From assembly GCF_009914755.1 (NCBI RefSeq), contig NC_060925.1: a stretch of DNA of 64,000 nucleotides; one strand, given 5' to 3'. How positions within the stretch are numbered: position 1 is the stretch's first letter; every line of letters starts with the position of its first letter. The notes under the pieces are model-generated. The model had not been told where the DNA came from, made no database searches, and saw only the letters and a program-made list of their open reading frames with translations. The translations under genes were made by a program, and so were the position numbers. This document shows, piece after piece, positions 51,336-62,375 of this stretch. Source of the stretch: the human T2T-CHM13v2.0 reference genome, Homo sapiens.

Positions 51336-53654
51336 AGTACATGTTGATTTCATCCCCACTCTGCAGATGAGAAAACGAAGACCTAGGGAGGTGGAGCGAT
51401 GGGCCAGGTTACACAGGTGGAGCTGAGACTTGGCCCCAGGACTCCTGACCTCAGAGCCCTGCTTGGCCCCCCAGGTCCCTGGGAGGTCTCTCCTGCCCCT
51501 CTCCTGGATGGGCAGAGAGGCCTGGTTCCCAGGATGGTGGCGTAGGGGCATCAGTAGACCCAGAAGAACCTGCTGTTCTGGGATGGGCAGCCCTGGCCAC
51601 CACTTCCTGCCCACCTTGTGGGAACCCCCAGACCTCAGCCATCACCGTCCCCAGCTTGGCCGACGGTAGATGCTGGTGCTTGGATTGGGGTGTCCAGCCA
51701 GTGGGATGGGGCTTCAGGGCTGGGCTGAGCTCTGGCCTCCCCCACGCTGCTCCTCTCTGCTCTCAGACAGGCAGGCCAGGGGGCAGGCAGGACCCTCCAC
51801 AGCCCTCCTGGAGGGGGCCCAGCTACTGGGTGGCCTCTCAGTCTCTGACCCCTCATTTTGGAGCAAGGTCACTGGCCTGCTGCCACCCCAGGGGCATGGG
51901 TGGATCAAACCAGTGAGGTCTGGGAACTGTGTTGATACCTGTGACTGGCCCAGGCGAGAGAGCAGCCCCATTTACCACTGCCTGCTGCCCACACCCCAGC
52001 CCCCAGCCCCCAGCCCCCAGCCCAGAGCTAATCTCCAGCACAGGTGCACCCAGGGAGGTCCCCAACCCATCTGCAGGGAGGAGAGATGAGGCCTCCTGGG
52101 TGGGTGCGTGGGGGCTGCAGTATTTCCCCTGGCAGAGCACTCCTGCCCCGCAACAAGGCCCTGGGGCCCCAGCAGGGCCTGGTGCGTCCGCGGCCTGGAG
52201 GCTGGCGGGAAGGCCACCCGCTGGCTCTCTGGCTCCCGCGCACTCCTTGGGTCAGGCCCAGGAGCCCTGCACACACATGTAGGCACTTGTGGCCGCCGCG
52301 GGCCGGGCGTGTCCTAATTAGCCCACTATCTTGGGAGCTCTTGTTGAAAGCAAAACAAACCAAAAAAGTCCTGGTTGTGCCCGGGTTCCTCCCCGTGGCT
52401 TCCGGGGGCCCTCTGGTTGTGGGAGACCCCGGGCTCCTGTGCAGGCCTGTGTTAGGTTCAGGGTTCCCTGTTTCAGCAGCTTGACCCCGAGCAGGAGCCA
52501 GGCCCCAGGGAAAGCTCCTTGCCGCCAGGCAGGAAGCGAAAGGGAAGACCAGAGTCCCCCGAGCCAGGTGGAGGGGCTTGTGGAGGATGCCTGGGGAGGC
52601 CTAAGGGGGAGGTCAGAGACCCAGAAAGCCCCCTACACTTCCCAGATGCTGCGTTCCCAGCTGCATTCAAAACTGCAGCTGCAAAGCCTCTGCCACCCAC
52701 TGGGGGTGTGACAGGGGCGGTGACCACAGGCAGGGCCAGCGTGCAGGGAGAGAGGTCCCCTGGAAGCAGGAGGAGAGGACAGCGTCCCCTGGGCAGAGGA
52801 CAGGCCCAGTAACCCTGGGGAGGAGGGGGCTTCAGAGGCCCCCACCCCGTGTCACTGAGCCTGAGGATGAGAGGGGACCAGAGGGAGAGGCCGACATCGG
52901 GGCCCTGCCCGAGGAAGGCCCTGCTAAGGGAGCCTGCCTGGGGCCCTGGGCCACAGAGGACGGCACCGAGAGGGCTTCAGGCCTGCTGTCCGGACACTTG
53001 TCCACTAATTAGGATTCCCGCGTGGGGCCGCCTGCCGCAAGGGCCTGGCTCACTCCCGCTGGGCTGTGCTAGGCGCAGAGATCCTATCAGCTCTTCTCCT
53101 CTTGCCTCAATGACTAATTCCTTGGCACCTTCCTCAGATCATTCAAGAATGTGGACAAGTTAAAATATGAAACACGTTGTCGTGGGTCTGCATCCTGCTT
53201 CTCCCAAACAAGGGAGGCATGGGCTTTTTGCCCCACTGGCTGTCCTGTTCTCAGGGATGGAGCAGGGATGGGAGTCGGGCAGGGGGACCCTGGAGCCTGC
53301 CCTTGCCTGTCATCCTGACCTGAGAAGCCTCAGCTGGGCAGCCCTTGAGCCCCGGGATGTTCTTGCCCGGGGGACTCAAATGAGTCAGGAATGGGGAGGT
53401 CGTGCATCCCTGAGGCCATCCCAGGGCCCAAAACAGGGAAGACCTTTCCAGGAAGGCCACCGCTGGTCACCTGGAAGAGAGAGGGCACCACGGAGAGGGG
53501 AGGGTGGGCAGGCTGGCACCCGGTACCCGGTGATGGGAGGGGCCGGCTCATGTCCCACACTCACTCCTGGGCAGCTGGACTGGGGGAGCCGTCCTGCATT
53601 CGCTTGTTCGTTTGTTCTGCCAGCTCGCTTGTTCAGCGAGCCTTTCAAGCAGCC

Positions 53655-53960
53655 ACGCTGTAATAGGAGCACGGACTGAGGGTGTCGGCTCCGAGCCGTG
53701 TGTGTAATTCTGCTTTTTCTAGTAGCCGCATTCAAAAAGGTGGAAAGGAGCTGGCGGAAGTCATTTAATTATTTCCTGTATTCACCCGTAACTGTGATCG
53801 TTTCAGCCTGTAATCAGTAGGAAATGGTGAGCGAGGTGTTTTCCGTTCTTTCCGTGGTCCTGAGCCCTTGGAATCGGGGTGCGCTCACACACTGGGCTCA
53901 GGTCCATCCACATTTCACACACCCCCACCCTGTGTGGCCAGTGGCCACCGTATCCAGGGT
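53655..53960 (+). mobile_element. MER33-like hAT-Charlie element
   Basis: GAGCCGTGTGTGTAATT...TTTTCTAGTAGCCGCATTCAAAAAGGT...TTTCAGCCTGTAATCA...CCACATTTCA...TGTGGCCAGTGGCCACCGTAT. Confidence 0.75.
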
Positions 53961-54565
53961 CCTCGTGGGTTCACAGTCGAGTAGGGGAGACAGAAGCCAT
54001 GGGGGACATGCGAGCCTGCCCTTCCGGAGAATGGCTAGAAAGATGCTCAAACCGGGTGACGAAAGAGAACACCTGAGGCCTGGGCGCTGCTCCTGCCCGT
54101 GTGGCCAGGGCTGACCCCTCGGAACAGTGACCTCTGAGCCCGGACAGGGCTGGTGAAGGGTCGTGTGCAGACCACAAGTGCAGGCTTCCAGGAAGGGCCT
54201 GGGCCCGTGGTCGTAAGCAGGTCTCAGACACCTCAGAGGCCTCTTGGGCCTCGGTGAGGAGTCTGGGAGCCGGGGACTCTGGGGCGGGGCCTGGGCTGTG
54301 CGACCAGAGCCTGGCACTGCCCCTTGTCACCCCCACCATCACCCAACCTCCCATGTGTGTAGCTGAGGCAGGGGTCCATCCTCTGTGCCAGAAGCCTACT
54401 GGCAGCTCGCCGGTGCCCAGGGTGACACCCAACCAGACACCTGGAGGAGCAGGAGTAGCCTTTCTACATCTTTCTCTGAGGGGGGCAGTGGCTGCTTCCC
54501 CAGACCCCCTCACAATAGCCCAGGAGCCAGGAGAGGCGAGGGTCACCCTTCCCTGGGATGTTATA

Positions 54566-54712
54566 TTTTGTTTCGTTTTTTGAGACAAAGTCTTGCCCTG
54601 TCTCCCAGGCTGGAGGGCAGTGGCGTGATCTTGGCTCTCTGCCGTCTCAGATTCCTGGGCTCAAGAGATCCTCCCGCCTCTGCCCCCCAGAATGCTGGGA
54701 TTACGGGCGTCC
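54566..54712 (-). mobile_element. Alu monomer (FAM/FRAM/AluJ arm), followed by L1M fragment to ~54855
   Basis: TTTTGAGACAAAGTCTTGC...GGGCTCAAGAGATCCTCCCGCCTC...GCTGGGATTACGGGCGT. Confidence 0.82.
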
Positions 54713-55826
54713 CCCCGTGATGTTTTTAAGCTGGCACCATGGCTTATCCACGTGGCAGCGTGTGGGAGCTTCCTTCTGTCTTATGGCCGAGGAAGAGGCC
54801 ACTGTACAGACACACTGTTTCTTTATCCATTTGCCATTCAGTGAACCCTGGGCTCCTGGGAAGGACCTGTGGTGCAGGAAGTTAGGGAGGTTGTGGGGAG
54901 CGCGACAGACCAGGAAGGAGGCTGCAGTGGTGCCGGAGAGGTGGGCAGGGCCCGTGCTGCAGGGGGTCCCCGTTCCACTGGTGGGTGGGCTCCCCAGGTT
55001 GACAGCTCACAGCCAGCTTAATGGTGCCAGATGATGGCAGCTTCAGCCGAGGCCTCGTGCCAAGACCCTTGCAGTGGAGCCAGGGCACGGGTCGCCCCTG
55101 ACGGCTCAGGCCTGCTGGGGCTGTTGGCTGTCCTGGGCTGGAGCACGCAGGGAGAGGGCCTGCCTGGCCTTTGGTGGCCCTGGGAACAGTGGTGATGGCT
55201 CTGGTGAGCAGCAGTCCCCTGCCTCCTGCCCCTCCGGCATCCCAGGCTGAGCTGCCTCCACGTTGGACGGCACTCAGTGGAGGACTCAGTAGAGGACTCA
55301 GAGAGGACGCAAACTCTGGACTTGCCTGGCGTCCTTCTCCATTGGATGCTGGAGGGGCCGGGGGATGCGGCCCTCGTCAGGGACCTCAGTGGATGTGTGT
55401 CCTAGGACCTGCAGAGCCGAGGGCCTCTGGGTCACTAAACCCAACCACCTCTGATGGAGAAGGCTGAGGTGCAGGAAGGGGCTGAGCCTGGGAGTCCCGG
55501 CGAGGCCCCTGCACCCTCCTGTGCGGGCAGTGCACGTTTTGTTTTTTGGATTGGAGGGGGCAGGCTGGTGGGAGGGAAGAGTGTGCTCACAGCACACCAC
55601 AGCTTCTCTAAAGAGGGACACAGGGCAGAATGACCGCCCCCCGCCCCCGGCCCGCCTCCGCCTGGCTCTGCCCCTTCCTGCCCTGCAATCCCAGTTCACG
55701 GTCTGGGGGTCTCAGCCTGCACCTTGCTGACTGCTGGTGACCTTTGTGCCGTCTGCTGGGGCCGCTAGATCACTGGGGTCAATCGTTTCCCCAGCCCCAT
55801 AGCTCAGTTTCCTCATCTGTAAAATG

Positions 55827-56051
55827 GGGACAATCATGGTGCCCACCGCAGGCCTGGGGAGAGGGGTAATAGGGACAATCACGGTGCCCGCCGCAGGCCC
55901 GGGGAGGGGGGTAATAGGGACAATCACGGTGCCCGCCGCAGGCCCGGGGAGGGGGGTAATAGGGACAATCACGGTGCCCGCCGCAGGCCCGGGGAGAGGG
56001 GTAATAGGGACAATCACGGTGCCCGCCGCAGGCCCGGGGAGAGGGGGGTAA
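55827..56051. repeat. 45-bp minisatellite (GGGACAATCACGGTGCCCGCCGCAGGCCCGGGGAGGGGGGTAATA) x5 inside a MIR (~55780-56110)
   Basis: Units at 55827, 55872, 55917, 55962 and 56007; preceded by MIR core CTCAGTTTCCTCATCTGTAAAATGGGGA. Confidence 0.95.
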
Positions 56052-57075
56052 AGGCATTTGTTTGCGTTGAGCCTCGGGGGTCACAGGGAAAGCGCTGTTT
56101 ATACATGTGCAGTCTTCCTCCAGCACCCGCCTCTGGATTTGGAAGGAGGGTCTTCCTCAGCAGCCCACCAAGTGAGGTCTGCCCTGCCCTGGATCTGAGA
56201 CATCGAGGCCAGACCAGCACCCCCTCCCTCAGCTGGGGCCTCCCTTAAGCTCCTGGCAGAGGCTGATCCATGCTGGGGTCCCGGGGCCCCACAGACGGTG
56301 GCGCAGGGGACACACCCACAGGGGTTCCTGTTCCTTGGTGTGTGGTCCTGGCGGGGGAGCTGCGGGTAGGGGCCTAACGAGAGAACCCCGGGCCAGGGGG
56401 CAGCAGGGGTGAGGCTTTGCCGGCCCCTGAGCGTGGAGCGGCCTTTCCAGTCGGGGTGAGGCCGTTCACCGAGAGATGAGGCCGCCCAACTGGGAAAATT
56501 GGGCTCAGCCATTGAACAGCAGTTCCACCTTATCCCACCACCTAGAGGGCCAGACCTAGTGAGAGCCCGGATCTGGTCTCCAGCACCTCAGGGGCACCCA
56601 CGCACCCAAGCCCAGGTGTGCGCACCCTGCACTCAGGGCCCACTTGTGCCCAGCCCACCTCCCCCACTGCCTGGCTCCCTGGGGCTGGATCTCCCCACTT
56701 TGAGCTGTGAGGTCCAGACCCCGATGCCGCCCGGAGGGTACAGTGAAGCCCGTGTGGGCATCAGGGCCTGGGAGCCTCCCCCACCCGACGCCTCCCCTCC
56801 AGGTGTGCAGAGAGTCTATTCCGCCTCATCAACGGCTGGGTGGATCCCCAGAAACCCTGGCACCGGGAGGCTGATGGAGGGGAGGGCGAGGTGAATATGT
56901 CAGTTTATCCCAATGCAAGTAGTGGCCTGTTGGGATGGGGGAGAGACCCGGGGAAATATTTGGGATGACTGGAGCCGCTGGCCCTTTAAGGCTCCTGTAA
57001 CAGGACACCTCCTAGACGGGACAGGACGACTGACTGTGTGTGTTTCCCCCTCCCTCCTCCCCTTTCCCGCGCCAG

Positions 57076-57318
57076 GCCCAGTTCAATCTGCTGAGCAGCA
57101 CCATGGACCAGATGAGCAGCCGCGCGGCCTCGGCCAGCCCCTACACCCCAGAGCACGCCGCCAGCGTGCCCACCCACTCGCCCTACGCACAACCCAGCTC
57201 CACCTTCGACACCATGTCGCCGGCGCCTGTCATCCCCTCCAACACCGACTACCCCGGACCCCACCACTTTGAGGTCACTTTCCAGCAGTCCAGCACGGCC
57301 AAGTCAGCCACCTGGACG
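57076..57318 (+). CDS. TP73: TP73 CDS exon 4, TA aa 63-143 (Pro-rich region with T86 and Y99; start of DNA-binding domain); Met72 at 57103
   Basis: Long polypyrimidine tract with acceptor CCAG| at 57075; 243 nt encoding [81 protein letters not shown]; donor ACG|GTGAGT. Confidence 0.98.
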
Positions 57319-57949
57319 GTGAGTTCCCCTAGTCCCTGAGGGCTGCGGGCTGCGGGCTGCGGGCTGGAGAGGAGGTGGCTGCGTTCCCCGCACCTCAAGA
57401 GGTCTGAGCTCGCCCCACTGTCTGCTCGGGGTTCCCACCTGGCCCGGGCCAGGAGGAGCATCGGGCAGGAGGCGGGTCTCAGGGCCGGGCAGTCTGGGTG
57501 TGCCCACCCCTCTAGACGTGAGTGGCCAGAGCCAGTCAGCCTCCAAAGGGCCACAGAGGGGACGGACTTGGCCCTGCTGGTGAGATCTCTGCCAAGACTG
57601 GCCAGCGGCTTCCCCATGCTCAGGTGGGATCTTTGGTTTGAAATCCTGTCCTGGACAGAGGCACGGGCTCTGCTGCCAAGAGTTGTCTGTCCGAGACAGG
57701 CCCACAGCCCTAGGGTCTGCAGAACCTGCCTCCTCCAGGCAGCGAGACGCATCTGCGGGTGGGTGGATTTGGGCTTTGCTGGCACTGTCTCTGGAGTGTC
57801 ATTTCCAGGAATTGGCATGCACCAAGGAGATGGGGTGGAACCACCGTGCCAAGGGCTCAGGTCCTCACTGCGGTGCCCCTGGAGACAGACTGGCCCACGG
57901 TGGGGATCTTGCTAATTCTGATAACATCACCTGTGCACAAGGCCAGTCT

Positions 57950-58150
57950 CCTCGAGCCAGGCACCATGCTCAGGGCTTTGAGTTGAGCTAACTCTTGCAC
58001 CCACCAACAACGCACAGGGCTGACTCCATCACTGCTCCCCTTTTACAGCCAAGGAGGCTGAGGCTCGGGGAGGGAAGTGGTTCGCCCAGAGTTCTGCTCA
58101 TAGTAAGTGGGGGCAGCCACCTCTGCATCTGTATTCCTAACCACTGAGCT
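57950..58150 (-). mobile_element. MIR SINE
   Basis: GCCAGGCACCATGCT...CCCCTTTTACAGCCAAGGAGGCTGAGGCTCGGGGAGGGAAGTGGTTCGCCCAGAG. Confidence 0.7.
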
Positions 58151-60237
58151 GCCCTGCCCAGACAGCTTCAGGGGAGGGGGTCTGTCAGGAGGGGCAAGGT
58201 GAAGGCTGCATGACCCCAGCCAGGAGTGGAGGGCACGCAGGGGCTGGGCGGGAAAAGCAGCCCCAAGAGCCCTCCGGGTCTCCCCTCCTGCACCGAGGAG
58301 GGGGCAAGTGAGCCCTGCCTGGGCACCCAGGCCATGGCTGCAGGAGGGGCTCTATGGGACACATGTTGGTCCGGCCCACTGGGCAGCGTCCCCTCCCCCA
58401 CGAGGCCCCGCCTCCCCGGGCACAGCTCAGTGCTGGCCCCCTGAAGTCCATGCAGGGCGGCCGCATTCCCACCCCCTGTCGGGAGTGCTGAGCAAGGGGC
58501 CCCTCAGGTTTTTCCGCTTTAAGAATCGGGTCCCACTGCCCTGCTGGCCATAGCTGCGGTTTTCCCACGCTCCTGGAGGGCCGAGGGGCAGGGCGGAGCC
58601 TAAGGTAGACTGTCAGGCTCTGCAGGTAGCCGGACAGTCCTGCCCGGCTGGTCTGGGGTCTGGGTTCCAGGCCCCGCCCGCCCCCACCTGCGGTTGTTTC
58701 TGATTCTCACTCCAGCCACGGGCTCCCCCAACTGCTGGCTCCGGGCTAAGAGAAGGCTCAGCCCGGACTCGCTGGGCTTGATGGGAGGGGGCTCTGTGGG
58801 CTGTTGGGCTGAGGGGCAGAGGACCTGGCACCTCCTCCAGGGCCTCCCACCTCCATCTGGCAGGCAATGCCGACCCCAGTGCTAACACCCCGTTTTCTCC
58901 ATTTGGAAATTACTCCTCCACGCACCTTACTGCACGATGGAGATAAGGATGGGAAGACCGTGCCAGGGCTGTGGCCAGCACGGTGCTTAGCTCGCAGCAG
59001 GAGGCCCATGCGTTGTCTTAATTGTGGTGGTGGTGTGCTGGCCTGGGCCTCCCAAATGAGTGGTTCCGTGGCAGCTGCACCTGCCTGTGGGGCAAGGGGG
59101 ACCAGGCCTATCCTTCCACCCCACTTGGAGGTCTGAAGCCAGGTCAGAAAGCCCCAAGGCATCCTCACCTGCACACCTCCAGCAGCAGGAGCCTCACCAC
59201 TGCTTCTCTCCCACACTCAGGCTTGTTGCCTAAGTCCACTCTCTCCCCTCTAAGGACACTGACCTCCTGCCCTGGGGTTTATGATGCTGGTGGTTTCTGG
59301 AGAGTGTCTCCCTGGAGTCCTGGCAGGCAGCTTGTGGGAGCTCTGCCTCCCTTCCTCCCATGGTCTGAGGATGCTGATGGGGTCTTCACCATGCTTGGAA
59401 TGCACTGCATGTGGTCTGAGCTGATCCTCATGGAAGGACAGGAGCAACCCCCTCTCTGGCTGGCTTCCCCCATCTAGGGTGTCTGCCACCCCCACCCCCT
59501 GCCAGGTGTGTGGCATCAGGTTCAAGGGACTTCATGGTTTTGTCTCAACTGCCTTGTCCTGCAGGACGGGGTGGCCTTGCCCTGTGGGATGGGCTGGTCT
59601 GCTCAGACCAGGCGTCCCGGGCTGGTCAGCTGCACCAGCGGGAGGGGAAAGCTGTGCCTGGTGCCCAGCAGAGGAGCAGTGACACCTCCTCGCTCCCTCC
59701 CTGCTGGGCTCTGTGGATGCTGGGGCGGGGGAAGGGTGGGGGGGCGCGAACTGGGGAGGAAAATGCTGTCGCCTGCACCCAGGGCTCCTCCTCCGAAGCC
59801 CTGTGGATCCAGGGGGTGGGACAAACATTGATAATGAGATTTTTGGCACCTCAGCTCTCTGGGGCCAGAACCCCCTCCACCAGGGCTTCTTTCCTTGCCC
59901 AGGGAGGGGCAGGCAAGTGGTCGGCTCACAGTGCAGAACGGGGCCGCCGGGCAGCCCGCTTGCTCCCAGCTCTGGGGTCCCACCATGCGGGTGCTGCCCA
60001 GCCCTGCTGCCTGTGCTTGCGTCCGGCCTCTGCACCGTGACTCCTGGGGCTCCCGGCACGCCAGCCGGCTGGTAACTGATAGATAATTCATATTTTTCTC
60101 AAGTACAAGTCCACATTGGCTGCCGCCCTCCTTTCTCCCCGATCAGGAAAAACACCCTCACCAGCCCCCAAGTGACCACAGATCAGACCTCAGATCTCCT
60201 TGGGCACTGAGAGGTCTGGAGGCTGCGGTTCACAGGT

Positions 60238-60378
60238 CTGTGCATATGTGTGCATACACACGCATGTGCACACACACAGACACAGCACCCTCCCACATGC
60301 ATGCACACACGTGGATACACAAGTACCTTATGCACACGCAGACACATGTAAACACACAGGCATGTGTGTACATGCACA
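60238..60378. repeat. Degenerate (CA)n tract
   Basis: ACACAC/GCATGC alternation. Confidence 0.8.
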
Positions 60379-61347
60379 GGCCTCCCCCCATCACTGCCCA
60401 GGGTTCTAGTAGCTCCCACCCCATGGAAACCCAGGAGGAGGAGGAGGCGAGTCGTGGGTAACCGAGCAGCCAGAGGAAGGATTTGTGTTTAGCCACGAGA
60501 GTGTAACCAGTGACCAGTGACAGGGCAAGGCCGGCATTTGGTGAGAGGGACCCTGCATGGTGAGAGGGGTGGAGCTGGCGTCTGCTGGGGTCCCAATCCC
60601 AGAGCTGCCCGTGAGCACCTTCTGCTTCACCCCTCTGCCCTGGCATCCTCACCTGCAAAGAGAGGTATGGCCTGCCAGCCATGGTGGGGACAAAGGAGCT
60701 GGCTCTTGGGACTTCTTAGGTCAGGGCAGGGTACCTGGGGAGCGCTCCACACACGTGAGCTCTGAGTGCAGTGCTGATGGTGACACCAGTGCCCTTCTCC
60801 CAGTTCAACACCCTCTGTGGGACAGTGTGGGCTCAGAGTGTGGGCAGAGCTCTCTGCAGGGCATGCATGACCTGGCCTCTGAGCCCTGCTGGCCACTCCT
60901 GTCCTGGGAGCCCTGCAGGTTGGCAGTGGTGTGGACAGCTGGTTCCAGGAGGCCCTCGGGGCAGAGAATGAACAGGAGTTCCTCTAGCTGTCAGAACAGC
61001 CCGACGCGATGGGCATCGGATGCTGTGACACCCTGGCTCAGCCGTTCTGCCCCCAGCTCAGCCTCATCAGGGAAGGTGGCTGTCCTTGGTGTTTGGGAAG
61101 TTTGGGGACGGGGCTCTGAGGTCAGGCAAGAAGGCAGTGTGGGGTTGGAAGCCCTGGCCCAGCACAGCATCTGTGGGCACCTCAGGGCATGCTGAGTGAC
61201 ACCACCCACAGCCCACGAGGCAGGCTGCCATGGCAGGATGGTGAGGACACACACAGGTGCGATGGCCAGCTGCCCCAGCATTCCTCCAGACAGAAAGATG
61301 GCCCGGACACAGCCCCCTGAGTGCCCTCCAGCTGCTCTCAGACTCAG

Positions 61348-61424
61348 CGTGTGTGTGTGCACGAGCGTGTGTGTGTGTGTGTATGTGTGTGTGTGTGTGT
61401 GTGCGCGAGCATGTGCACACATGT
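61348..61424. repeat. (TG)n microsatellite
   Basis: GTGTGT runs. Confidence 0.92.
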
Positions 61425-62264
61425 TTGTCTTAGGGGAGAGCTGGCTCCACGGGTAGGAAAGCCCCCCGTCCAGGAGGGACATATGGAAGGACGGCCAGGG
61501 AAGCACAAAGGCTCTGCACGGGATTCCTGGGGAGAATGAGGCTGAGTCAACACTAATGGGTCTGGAGCAACCTTCCCAGCGCCTCGGAGGCTTGCAAGCA
61601 GGAGAATAATAGCGGAGGTGTCCCAACACGATCGTGGTATCAATTGCGTTATCCTAAAAGTTTATGGAATGCATGAGTGGAATTAATACCTTTTACTGGC
61701 ACCAGAAGCAATTATATGTGCGTAAAGCTGAGGGAAGAGTTCTAACAATGTTTATTGTGGAGATGAAACGTGGATTATTAGGGGAAACAAGAGTACTTAG
61801 GGCGAAATTGCAGCAATTGCTGATATCATGTGGCGCAGGGATCTGCAGCAGGGACGGAGCTTCCAGCAGGCCTGCTCTGGCTGTGGTCAGTGCCTCGGGG
61901 CTCGTGGCCCGAGCCGGGGTTGGCTCTTCTCTCTTCACTTTCTGGAGCAGCCAGAGGAACTCACTCTTGGGCCCTGGAGGTCACAGAACTTAGCCTTGGA
62001 GGCCCCAAGTGAGGCTGGGGAGGCCCCAGCTCCGAGACCCTGGGTCCTGCTGCCCCACCCCACACTGCCTGGTTCTTGGAGGAGACAGGAGGGAGAACCC
62101 CTTGGGGGACAGGATTCCCTTCCATAGGCATGAGACTGTTGGGGGAGAGGCATGATCCAATTTACGTTTTAGGAAGAATCATCTATTTTCTAGGACTTCT
62201 TTCCAGTTTGGGGACAGCCCTGTGGACCCAGCATGTCTGATTAGTAGCGTTGGCAGCAGCATTG

Positions 62265-62375
62265 CCCCTATGTGCAGGGCCTCCCACACTCCCCATTTTA
62301 CAGATGAGGAAACTGAGGCTCCCAGAGGGCACACCAGGGTCACCTGTCAGCAGAGGGCAGAGCCGGACCTGGCCC
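62265..62375 (-). mobile_element. MIR SINE
   Basis: CCCCATTTTACAGATGAGGAAACTGAGGCTCCCAGAGG. Confidence 0.8.
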
